Made by a program: the position numbers and the translations under genes. Shown here one piece after another: positions 34,511-41,817 of a DNA stretch of 53,936 bases. How positions within the stretch are numbered: position 1 is the first letter of the stretch; each line of letters starts with the position of its first letter. The stretch spans positions 1-53,936 of the forward strand of contig CAZKVI010000005.1 in the NCBI GenBank assembly GCA_964556185.1, given 5' to 3'. The notes under the pieces are model-generated. The model saw only the letters and a program-made list of their open reading frames with translations. It was not told where the DNA came from and did no database searches. Source of the DNA: an uncultured Methanosarcinales archaeon (lineage in GTDB: Archaea > Nanobdellota > Nanobdellia > Woesearchaeales > DSVV01).

Positions 34511-34545
34511 AGAACTAAGGAATAATAAGAGGTTTAAAAAGCTTG

Positions 34546-35580
34546 CTAAAAGAAGTCTCCTAGGCCTTTTTGTTTCTGTGCTTGGGATAATTTTTCTAAT
34601 TTCTCTAATGTGTTATTTACTCTTTCCATAGAGAAATCATGTTTTTCTACAAGGAATTCTTTGATTTTTTCTGGCGAATATCTTTTAAATTTGATTTTAT
34701 AATCATCAGTAGTAGGCATCTTTTTGAAAGCATAATAAATTTCATTCCAATCATGATTGCAATGTTTTTCCCACTCAACTTTTTTGAAAAGGTTATCATA
34801 GTCGTCCCCATATTCCTTTACTAATTTTAAGGCAGTTTTTGGACCTATTCCTTTTACTCCTCCTCTGTTATAGTCTGTGCCAACAAGTAGTGCCAAAATT
34901 ATAAGTTGGTTATTGTCTAAACCAAGTTTGTTTAGTACATCTGAAAGAGCAATGACTTCTGGCTTAATTGTGTCATAAGCTAGTTTGCCGGCTCTTTTTC
35001 TTTTGCCTTCTAAAGAGAGATTTCTTACTAAAAGGGGCATTCCGTAGAGTAAGCTATCATAATCTTGGCTAACTCCATATGTTGCGTCTCCATTTTTAAC
35101 TATATTAGCAACTTGTGCTTCTCCTTCGCTCGGGGCCTGGATAACAGGTAAACCAAGAGCAGTAACAAGTTCTTTTGCATCTTCTATCATTTCAGGTGTT
35201 AATTTTGTGGTCCTTGATGCATATTTTCTCATTTCTACTAAGTCTTCACGTTGTTTGGCTGCTTCGTATGCTTTTTGCGCTTCTTGTTTTAATTCTTTTC
35301 TTCTTTCTCTTTCCTCTGTTTTTAATTTTGGAGGAGCGCCATCAAATACAAATGCTAAAGAAAGATTTTTCTGCATTAATTTTGTTGTTCTAGAAAACAA
35401 ACCAATAAGATGGCTAGTTACATTTCCATTAGAATCTGTAAGCAAAGAACCATCTCTTGATCTTATTGAAGAAAGAAATTGGTAAAGAAGATTAAAAGAA
35501 TCAACTACTAAGACTGAATTAGCAAGGCCTTTTACCTCAATAGTTTTTCCTTCAACAATCTCTCTAAACTGTAATCCCAT
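34546..35580 (-). CDS. fen1: Flap endonuclease 1
   Basis: The N-terminus is MGLQFREIV. The XPG-N and XPG-I motifs are VFDG.PP.LK and EGEAQ...SQDYDSLL.G. It has an H3TH motif (LVGTDYN.GGVKGIGPKTALKL) and a C-terminal PIP-like QKGLGDFF. Confidence 0.95.
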   Translation of the reverse strand: MGLQFREIVEGKTIEVKGLANSVLVVDSFNLLYQFLSSIRSRDGSLLTDSNGNVTSHLIGLFSRTTKLMQKNLSLAFVFDGAPPKLKTEERERRKELKQEAQKAYEAAKQREDLVEMRKYASRTTKLTPEMIEDAKELVTALGLPVIQAPSEGEAQVANIVKNGDATYGVSQDYDSLLYGMPLLVRNLSLEGKRKRAGKLAYDTIKPEVIALSDVLNKLGLDNNQLIILALLVGTDYNRGGVKGIGPKTALKLVKEYGDDYDNLFKKVEWEKHCNHDWNEIYYAFKKMPTTDDYKIKFKRYSPEKIKEFLVEKHDFSMERVNNTLEKLEKLSQAQKQKGLGDFF

Positions 35581-35612
35581 TTTCTTGTTTTTTTGGCGTC
35601 TTTTGAGCTAGT

Positions 35613-36344
35613 TTACTCTACTTTTGTTTTTACTGTGAACTCCACTATTTCGTGGGCTGTATTAAAGTCGTCTTCTTGGTAAGTTACAACAAATTCAAAA
35701 ACATAATTGCCTTCTTCTACTAAATCTCCATCTGAATTTTTTGTTTCGCCAATTGTTACTTTAAATGGAAATATTACTTGTTCTTGATCATCTAAGTAAT
35801 AAGCTTCAGTAAATCCTTCTATCCATTCAAGAACTGTTTCTTCCTCTACAAATTGTATCCCTGTTCCGCTTGCATATGTTGCCCTTCTAAATTCTGGTTT
35901 AATATCAAAATTATATGGCATTGATTTTGTGTTGGTAACTCCAAATCCTAGCACCATGCTCTCTCCTGGGACTAATTGAGGAGTGAAAGTTCTTGATACT
36001 GTTGCTTTTGTGTTTCTATTTAATCTGGTTTCCATGGCGTCTTGTTCATCGCTACTTAAAGTTAGCTCTCCTGTTGTTTCTGTATCTGTATTTGTGTCTT
36101 CTGTTGGTTGTTCTTGCTCTGTTGTTTCAGGTTCATTATTGTCTTCATTCATATATTCTTCAAGTGTCTCTTCTACTTCTTCTAATTCATCCACTGCTTC
36201 TTCAAGTTCGTCTAAGTGTTCTTCTAATTCATCTGGAAGATCATGTACTTGAATTTCTCCTTTGTCTTCTTTATCAGAACCACATCCTGCTACAAAAACA
36301 AGTAGCAAACATAAAACTAAAACTTTCATAAATTGTTGTTTCAT
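35613..36344 (-). CDS. Putative acidic lipoprotein, function unknown
   Basis: A signal peptide with a lipobox-like VAGCGS precedes an E/D/T-rich linker. A beta-rich C-terminal domain follows. Confidence 0.6.
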   Translation of the reverse strand: MKQQFMKVLVLCLLLVFVAGCGSDKEDKGEIQVHDLPDELEEHLDELEEAVDELEEVEETLEEYMNEDNNEPETTEQEQPTEDTNTDTETTGELTLSSDEQDAMETRLNRNTKATVSRTFTPQLVPGESMVLGFGVTNTKSMPYNFDIKPEFRRATYASGTGIQFVEEETVLEWIEGFTEAYYLDDQEQVIFPFKVTIGETKNSDGDLVEEGNYVFEFVVTYQEDDFNTAHEIVEFTVKTKVE

Positions 36345-36348
36345 ATTT

Positions 36349-37410
36349 TCACCCCAAATTTGCTAATTTTACATGTTTGAATTCTTTTTCAATCATTGAT
36401 TTTGCTTTTTTTGTTAAATCTCCTGTCATGATGTAAAGTATTGGAAGTTTTTTTGCTTGTGCTTGAATATATGCTGAAGCAAGATCTCCATCATTTGCTC
36501 TTTTCTTTTCTTTTACTTTACAATAATAAGTTATTTGCCCAACAGGAGAGGGAATCTGAACAATATAATCTATTTCTTTGTTCTTTCTAATTATATTGAT
36601 TTCTTTTATTAAAATACTTTTTGTTTTGAAAAAGATTTTGGTCTTTTTGTGTAATTTATCATCTGGTTCAACCAATTGTTGTGTTTGTTCTTCTGTTTCT
36701 TCAGGAAGTTGTTGTTTTGGTTTTTCTGGTTGTTTTTTTGTTAATTTTTTTTGAATAGATGGTTTTTGAAGTTTTATCTTCTTTTCTAAAGGTTTGCTTC
36801 TTGTTGTTTCTATTGCTTTCTTTTTAGTTGGTGAGGGGCGTGGAGTTAATTGTTTTGGTTTTTTAATAATTGGTTGTTTTTCTGTTTCTAATTTTGGTTT
36901 TTTTATTTCTCTAGGTTGGATGTTTGTTGTGGTTTTGGGGGAAGTTGGGTGTTTTATTGAATTTGTTTCTGGCAATAAAACATCTTTAATTTTATTTTCT
37001 GTATCTTCTGGAGAAAGCATATACCATTTCCAAAATATTTTTTTTGTGTTTTTGGATGTAGCTTCCAAGGGTTTTGCAAAATCTTTTATATTTCTCAATG
37101 AAACTCTTACTAAAGGGGTTTGTTCTGTGTCACTTAAAATTCTCCTCTCTTTTAAAAGCTCGTATGTTCTTTGGTCTTTTTCATTAAGGTGGTCTGAGAA
37201 TTCTTGCAATTTATCTTTATGTTCAGCCAAGTAATAAATTGGGCTTCCTCCCACCTTCATGTGGGAGATAATTATCTTTTTTTGTGCTGCTAATTCTGAA
37301 AGTGCTGCACCAATAAGTATTGTATTTACTCCAAGGTCTTTCATTAGGTCTTTTGGTAGAATTGGACCTTTTTCTTGCATAATAGTTAGAATTTTATCTT
37401 TGTCTACCAT
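36349..37410 (-). CDS. Winged-helix protein with a Lys/Pro-rich linker and a C-terminal restriction-endonuclease-like (Mrr-cat/PD-(D/E)xK-like) domain
   Basis: The N-terminal wH-like region is ILTIMQEKGPILPKDLMKDLGVNTILIGAALSELAAQKKIIISHMKVGGSPIYYL. A ~130-aa K/P/T-rich low-complexity segment follows. The C-terminus EIDYIVQ...YYCKVKEKK...ILYIMTGDLTKKA resembles a D...(E/C)xK nuclease fold. The assignment is tentative. Confidence 0.4.
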   Translation of the reverse strand: MVDKDKILTIMQEKGPILPKDLMKDLGVNTILIGAALSELAAQKKIIISHMKVGGSPIYYLAEHKDKLQEFSDHLNEKDQRTYELLKERRILSDTEQTPLVRVSLRNIKDFAKPLEATSKNTKKIFWKWYMLSPEDTENKIKDVLLPETNSIKHPTSPKTTTNIQPREIKKPKLETEKQPIIKKPKQLTPRPSPTKKKAIETTRSKPLEKKIKLQKPSIQKKLTKKQPEKPKQQLPEETEEQTQQLVEPDDKLHKKTKIFFKTKSILIKEINIIRKNKEIDYIVQIPSPVGQITYYCKVKEKKRANDGDLASAYIQAQAKKLPILYIMTGDLTKKAKSMIEKEFKHVKLANLG

Positions 37411-37485
37411 AAAAAATAGGGCTTGGTCTGTATATAAAAAGTTATTGAAAGAATAGTAGAATTGATTGTGTGGTATTGATGAGGA

Positions 37486-38019
37486 TTACGGTCGTGTCCA
37501 TCTTACTTCATAATATGTGACATCTGATTCATCATCAACTACACCAATCATTAGACGTTTTCTAGTGCTGTGGGCCACCCTATTTTTTGAGCTGAATTCT
37601 TGCCAAGTAAGTGTAGAACCTTCATGAACTGGAAAAACTACCCATTTTGCATGGTCTTCGCCAGGTTTTACTCCTCTGTCATATACCCTAAAATCTGCTC
37701 CAAATTTTAATGCTGTTTTGATGATGTATCCTCTATTTCTCATGTTTTTGAATACACAATACCTTGTCCAGAAATTTGGCTCTTGTTTTTTGGCTTTTTT
37801 TAGGAATTTTTCAGAAGAAATTTCTTTTTTTCTGCCATCGAGGACTTTGAGTCTGCCTTTTTCAAGTAAATAAAGTGCTTCTAAAAGAGAAAGTTGTACT
37901 TTGTCTCCTTGGATAGACCCATATCTACTCTGATTATAGAGTTCTTTTGCTGCATCACTATCCTCAGTAAGGACAACATCCTCAACTAATATAGATGTGA
38001 CAGTTGGTTTTGTCGGCAT
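37486..38019 (-). CDS. endA: tRNA-splicing endonuclease
   Basis: It has LSLLEALYL, FWTRYCVFKNMRNRGYIIKTALKFGADFRVY and the catalytic-region HAKWVV. The ~177-aa length fits the homotetramer type. Confidence 0.85.
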   Translation of the reverse strand: MPTKPTVTSILVEDVVLTEDSDAAKELYNQSRYGSIQGDKVQLSLLEALYLLEKGRLKVLDGRKKEISSEKFLKKAKKQEPNFWTRYCVFKNMRNRGYIIKTALKFGADFRVYDRGVKPGEDHAKWVVFPVHEGSTLTWQEFSSKNRVAHSTRKRLMIGVVDDESDVTYYEVRWTRP

Positions 38020-38067
38020 GATTGTAAGGCTCTAATTAGAGGTTAATAAGCTTTGCGTTTCATTTAT

Positions 38068-38089
38068 TTATTTTCTATATAGAAAATAA
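38068..38089. repeat. Perfect 22-bp palindrome ttattttctatatagaaaataa (copy 1 of 2)
   Basis: The sequence is self-complementary. It lies in the divergent endA/rnz spacer and is identical to 41499-41520. Confidence 0.9.
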
Positions 38090-38134
38090 TTTAGGCACTA
38101 TTGATTTTTGCCTTGATTTTGCATTAATTATACA

Positions 38135-38148
38135 ATAAGCTTATATAG
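38135..38148 (+). promoter_or_regulatory. BRE/TATA box of the RNase Z gene (leaderless spacing)
   Basis: The sequence ataagcttatatag is centred about 27 nt upstream of ATG 38171. Confidence 0.45.
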
Positions 38149-38170
38149 ATTGCAAAAATTTCTAAGAAGT

Positions 38171-39061
38171 ATGGAAGCAATATTTTTAGGTACTGGAGCA
38201 ATGGTTGCTACAAAAGACAGGAATCAATTAGGTGTATTTATACAACATAGTGGATTTGGTTTTTTAGTAGATTGTGGTGAAGCAACCCAAAGACAGTTTA
38301 GAATAGTGGGGAAAAGCCTACATAAGATTGATAAGATTCTTCTTACTCATTTACATGGAGACCATTGTTTGGGTTTACCAGGAATTTTACAGACACTTTC
38401 TGCTACAGATTATGAAAAAACATTATATATCTATGGGCCAGTTGGGACAAAAAAATTTGTTGATGGCATTCTTTCTACTTTTATTTTTGATAATGTTATT
38501 AAGTTGAAAATAGTTGAGATTAAATCTGGAAAAGTATTTGATAATGAAACATTAAGTGTTTTTAGTTTTCCATTAAATCATAAAACTCCTTGTTTGGCAT
38601 ATAGGTTTGTTGAAAAAGACAAAAGAAGGATTAATATGAAAAAAGCAAAAGATTTTGGCTTAAAAGCTGGGCCTGTTTTGGGAAAATTACAAAGAGGGGC
38701 AAGTGTTAAGTTTAAAGGTAAAAAAATTTTGCCAGATGATGTTACTTATGTTGTTAAAGGAAAAGTTTTGAGTCTTATTTTTGATACTTCTCTTAATGAA
38801 AATTGTATTAAAGTGGCAGAAGGAGCAGATGTTTTAATTTGTGAAGCAACTTACGAAGCAAAAGACGAAGAAAAGGCAATAGGCTACTTTCATTTGACTT
38901 CTGCGCAAGCTGCAACAATTGCTTCTCAAGCAGAAGTTGGGAAACTGTATCTTGCACATTTTTCTCAAAGATACAAAACATTAGAACAATTAGAAAAAGA
39001 TGCAAAGGATATTTTTCCAGAAACCCATATTGCACATGATTTTCTGAAAGTCAAATTATAA
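38171..39061 (+). CDS. rnz: Ribonuclease Z (tRNA 3' endonuclease, metallo-beta-lactamase fold)
   Basis: It has MEAIFLGTG, the HxHxDH motif (THLHGDHCLG), a flexible-arm region and a C-terminal HFS/H motif (AHFSQRY). The ORF track start at TTG 38150 was replaced by ATG 38171. Confidence 0.9.
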   Translation: MEAIFLGTGAMVATKDRNQLGVFIQHSGFGFLVDCGEATQRQFRIVGKSLHKIDKILLTHLHGDHCLGLPGILQTLSATDYEKTLYIYGPVGTKKFVDGILSTFIFDNVIKLKIVEIKSGKVFDNETLSVFSFPLNHKTPCLAYRFVEKDKRRINMKKAKDFGLKAGPVLGKLQRGASVKFKGKKILPDDVTYVVKGKVLSLIFDTSLNENCIKVAEGADVLICEATYEAKDEEKAIGYFHLTSAQAATIASQAEVGKLYLAHFSQRYKTLEQLEKDAKDIFPETHIAHDFLKVKL

Positions 39062-39090
39062 AAGCACCAATATCAAAATCTTGTTTTTTA

Positions 39091-39303
39091 TCAATAAGTT
39101 TTAGATGCTAGTTTTATATCTCCTGCTTTTACTGTTTTTCTTCCTGCATGAGATGCAAACTTCACTGCTTGTGAAGCTATTTCTTCTGCTTTGTCTTCTA
39201 CAACTGTTTTTAGTGCTGCCTTAGCTTTATCAGAAACTCTGTCTGCACCACTATTTTTTAGAATTTTTTCCATTGCTGCTAAAGGAATAAGTCTTTTTGC
39301 CAT
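39091..39303 (-). CDS. Archaeal histone (HMf family)
   Basis: The ~70-aa histone fold reads LPLAAMEKILKNSGADRVSDKAKAALKTVVEDKAEEIASQAVKFASHAGRKTVKAGDIKLA. The start is taken at MAKR (39303). The ORF track begins 3 codons earlier. Confidence 0.9.
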   Translation of the reverse strand: MAKRLIPLAAMEKILKNSGADRVSDKAKAALKTVVEDKAEEIASQAVKFASHAGRKTVKAGDIKLASKTY

Positions 39304-39430
39304 AATTATCACCTGTTTGTTTGAGCTTGTTTAAGGTTGTTGGGTGTTGTTTATATTTAAAAGTTTTGGAAAAGGTGTTGTTTGGTGGTTCTAAAAGGTT
39401 TTAAGATGTTTTAACGCTCTTTTAGCAGAA

Positions 39431-39449
39431 AAAAGGATATTTTTTATAG
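39431..39449 (+). promoter_or_regulatory. BRE/TATA box of hjc (leaderless spacing)
   Basis: The sequence aaaaggatattttttatag has its TATA centred about 27 nt upstream of ATG 39471. Confidence 0.45.
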
Positions 39450-39470
39450 AGTTTGGTCTTGGTGAAGATT

Positions 39471-39863
39471 ATGAATACAAAATCCAAAGGAACACAATTT
39501 GAAAGAGAACTAATACATTTATTTTGTACAAATAGTTGGTTTGCCATTAGGGCAGCAGGTTCAGGTTCAAGTAGATATCCTTCCCCAGATATCTTAGCAG
39601 GGAATTGCAGTAGAAAATTAGCAATAGAGTGTAAACGAATAAAAGGAAGGAATTTATATTTACCAAAAGGGGAAATTGATCAATTAAGGGAATTTTCTAA
39701 TGGGTTTGGTGCAGAGGCTTGGCTTGCTGTGCATTTTGGCAAAAAAGATCCTGTTTTTTTAATGTTAGAAGATATAAAGGAAACAGCTAAAGGTTATGGT
39801 GTTTCTGTTGATTTAGCAAGAACAAAGGGATTATTATTTGAAGAAGTGATTGAAGAAATTTAG
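39471..39863 (+). CDS. hjc: Holliday junction resolvase Hjc
   Basis: The sequence KGTQFERELIHLF...AIRAAGSG...PDILAG...LAIECK carries the PD-(D/E)xK Hjc signature. The ORF track start at TTG 39453 was replaced by ATG 39471. Confidence 0.9.
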   Translation: MNTKSKGTQFERELIHLFCTNSWFAIRAAGSGSSRYPSPDILAGNCSRKLAIECKRIKGRNLYLPKGEIDQLREFSNGFGAEAWLAVHFGKKDPVFLMLEDIKETAKGYGVSVDLARTKGLLFEEVIEEI

Positions 39864-39886
39864 TTGAGTTTGTTGGTGTTGGTGGA

Positions 39887-40834
39887 TTAGAACAACATTG
39901 TATAGGTTTTCTTGGTTTGTTTTATGAATTTTTTATGAGAGAAGCTTCCTAATTCTGAAATTATTCCTGTTGCATACTTTGCAGGAATTTCTTCAAAAGC
40001 TGGATTGAATATTTCAACTTTTTTTGGTGCTTCTGGCCATATTTCTTTTGGATCTCTTTGTTCTATTTTTTCGTGTTTGCCAAAATGAGGTTTTGGATCA
40101 TATTTCCATGAATCTGTACAAAAATAAATAGGAATTTTTCTTTTTGTGGCTACTTCACAAAACATTTCTGTGCCAATCTTATTGTAGAGATATTTATCTG
40201 TTATTGCGTCCATTCCAAAAAGAATTAAATCTGCATTTTCTATTGCTAATTTTGCTCCTGAATCTACATAATGTTTTACAGGAATATTGTGCTTGGCTAG
40301 AGATTTTGCAGTTTTTCTTCCTTGAAAGAGTGGCCTTGTTTCTGTGTTATGAACAATTATGTTTTTGCCTTGGAAATGTGCTTCTTTGATAATTGAAGTT
40401 ACAGTACTTGAATGGCAGTGGGTGTAAATAATGAATGGTTTTTTGTTTTTTGTTGATTTGGATTGTTTAATTAACTTTTGACCGTGGTGTGCAATAAGTT
40501 TTCTTGTTGATTGAAGATGGTTTAATGTATATTCTACGTTGTCTGCAATTTGTTTTTTTAGTTGTGGAATTTTGGTGGGTTTTGTTTTTGGAATATTATT
40601 TGTGATATATGAAAGTGCGTTTCTCATTGCTGGTTCTGTTGGTCTTGTTGCTTCTAAGTGTGTTTTAGCTTTTTTTAATTCGTGGAGAAGTGAAGTTTTA
40701 GTTAGTGCTTTAGATTTTTTGGCTTTTTGTGCTAGTGTTTTTACTGCAGCAATAGCTATGTTTTGTGCCCCTTGGATCTTCAAAGAGCGAATGTCTTTCA
40801 ATACTTGATTAAAATTAGAATAGTTAGATCTCAT
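39887..40834 (-). CDS. eIF-2B alpha/beta/delta-family protein (ribose-1,5-bisphosphate isomerase / aIF-2BII-like)
   Basis: It has IQGAQNIAIAAVKTL, I.THCHSSTV, VHNTETRPLFQGR.TA..L, GADLILFGMDAI and the family-typical length. Confidence 0.75.
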   Translation of the reverse strand: MRSNYSNFNQVLKDIRSLKIQGAQNIAIAAVKTLAQKAKKSKALTKTSLLHELKKAKTHLEATRPTEPAMRNALSYITNNIPKTKPTKIPQLKKQIADNVEYTLNHLQSTRKLIAHHGQKLIKQSKSTKNKKPFIIYTHCHSSTVTSIIKEAHFQGKNIIVHNTETRPLFQGRKTAKSLAKHNIPVKHYVDSGAKLAIENADLILFGMDAITDKYLYNKIGTEMFCEVATKRKIPIYFCTDSWKYDPKPHFGKHEKIEQRDPKEIWPEAPKKVEIFNPAFEEIPAKYATGIISELGSFSHKKFIKQTKKTYTMLF

Positions 40835-40876
40835 GATAATAAATAATAAAAGAAAGGAAATAAAAAGTTAATGAAT

Positions 40877-41155
40877 TTAACGTCTTTTTCTCTTAGTCTT
40901 TCTTTTTGTGGCTTTCTTTTTTGCTTTTGCTCTTTTTGGAGTACCTGAAAGCTTTTTTAGAATGACTGCTTCTTCTCTTTCGATTTTCATTTCTTCTTTT
41001 ACAATCCTTTGAGTGATTCTTTGGATATTTTCATCTACATTTGCAATCCTTCTTTCAAGAAGAACTAAAATCCTTAAGCTATACACTATTGCTGCCAATG
41101 TGCCTGCAATAATGGCAAGAATGATTACGTCCAATGATGCTCCTTCTGCTACCAT
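40877..41155 (-). CDS. Small single-TM protein with a coiled-coil and a poly-Lys/Arg tail
   Basis: The TM is VIILAIIAGTLAAIVYSL. A charged helix follows, then KRAKAKKKATKRKTKRKRR. The start is set at MVAEGAS (SD-like gaggtg upstream). The ORF track starts at 41236. Confidence 0.5.
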   Translation of the reverse strand: MVAEGASLDVIILAIIAGTLAAIVYSLRILVLLERRIANVDENIQRITQRIVKEEMKIEREEAVILKKLSGTPKRAKAKKKATKRKTKRKRR

Positions 41156-41374
41156 ACTAACACCTCTTTTTACTTTATTTATTATTTTAAGTTGGTTAAA
41201 TCCCCCTAACCTGATATATTCAAACCTATTTAACAAACTTCACGCTTTTCTCATATAAAAATGTTTCTTTTTACCTATTATTGATGACGAAAAACAGCAG
41301 AGGGAACGGTGTTTGATATATGGAAAGGTCTAATTAACTGTTGGGTGTGTGACCTTGGTTTCCTTTGGAGATTT

Positions 41375-41388
41375 ATTTCATGTGGAAG
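41375..41388 (-). repeat. ORB-like box, left (reads CTTCCACATGAAAT on the minus strand)
   Basis: It resembles the mini-ORB core TTCCAnTGGAAA. It matches the right box in 11 of 12 positions (TCCACATGAAAT vs TCCATATGAAAT) in inverted orientation. Confidence 0.5.
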
Positions 41389-41498
41389 TGTGGTGTATTT
41401 TTTTCTGCTTTAATATATAGAATTTGGTGGTTTTAGACCTTTTGGATTTTATGAAAAACTCTTTGATTGTTTTTTTCTGCTTTTGTTGTTTCTTTTCT

Positions 41499-41520
41499 TT
41501 ATTTTCTATATAGAAAATAA
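41499..41520. repeat. Perfect 22-bp palindrome ttattttctatatagaaaataa (copy 2 of 2), at the left edge of the DUE
   Basis: It is identical to 38068-38089. Confidence 0.9.
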
Positions 41521-41595
41521 ATATAATATAATAATATATAATATAACTATATTTATTATATTATATATTATATAAGTTAAATATAATATAATAAT
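41518..41595. repeat. DUE-internal repeat architecture: 18-bp direct repeats flanking a 16-bp perfect inverted repeat
   Basis: The direct repeat taaatataatataataat occurs at 41518-41535 and 41578-41595. The inverted repeat is ataatatataatataa (41531-41546) with ttatattatatattat (41556-41571), separated by a 9-nt spacer. Confidence 0.85.
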
Positions 41596-41737
41596 CAGTT
41601 AAATTATGGTGGTTTAGGTATGTGTTGGTGAAGGCTGTAGTAAATCATAATTAAATACCAATTCATTAATCTAATTTTTCAATTTATTTAAAAATAAACC
41701 CAAAAAAACACACCACGCCACCACCAAAACCCAAAAT

Positions 41738-41758
41738 CTCCATATGAAATGAAGGGGG
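41738..41758 (+). repeat. ORB-like box, right, with G-string (CTCCATATGAAATGAAGGGGG)
   Basis: A TCCAnnTGAAA core followed by GGGGG after 4 nt resembles long ORB elements of characterised archaeal origins. It lies 60 nt upstream of orc1/cdc6. Confidence 0.5.
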
Positions 41759-41776
41759 CAGGGTAGCGGTACAAAT

Positions 41777-41793
41777 GATAAAGTTTTTATACC
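41777..41793 (+). promoter_or_regulatory. BRE/TATA box of orc1/cdc6
   Basis: The sequence gataaagtttttatacc lies about 30 nt upstream of ATG 41818. Confidence 0.45.
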
Positions 41794-41817
41794 ATTGTTT
41801 CTTGTGGAAATAATCCA

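Larger units (their letters stand above)
41366..41758. other. Candidate chromosomal replication origin (oriC)
   Basis: A nearly GC-free ~100-bp tract (41499-41600) is flanked by inverted ORB-like boxes. The right box has a G-string. The region lies in a 660-nt non-coding gap directly upstream of orc1/cdc6. Confidence 0.65.

Noticed and set aside
38068-38089. The 22-bp palindrome, considered as an NrdR box because nrdR is encoded in the window.
   Set aside because: The NrdR-box consensus is a 16-bp palindrome with a C-w-A-t-A-T-a-T-w-G core, usually in tandem pairs. Here the C/G pair flanks an 8-bp CTATATAG core, which is one position closer to the dyad on each side. The sites are single and are not next to nrd genes.
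41499-41600. The AT-only repeat cluster, considered as a CRISPR array or a mobile-element terminus.
   Set aside because: There are only two 18-bp direct repeats and one inverted repeat. There are no regularly spaced unique spacers, no cas genes and no transposase. The origin-DUE interpretation fits the context better.
41366-41742. A 9-bp inverted pair, tggagattt (41366-41374) and aaatctcca (41734-41742), flanking the DUE.
   Set aside because: A 9-mer inverted match within a ~600-nt AT-rich spacer is roughly what chance would give. Only the adjacent ORB-like TCCAyATGAAAT boxes, which are longer and resemble a known consensus, were retained.
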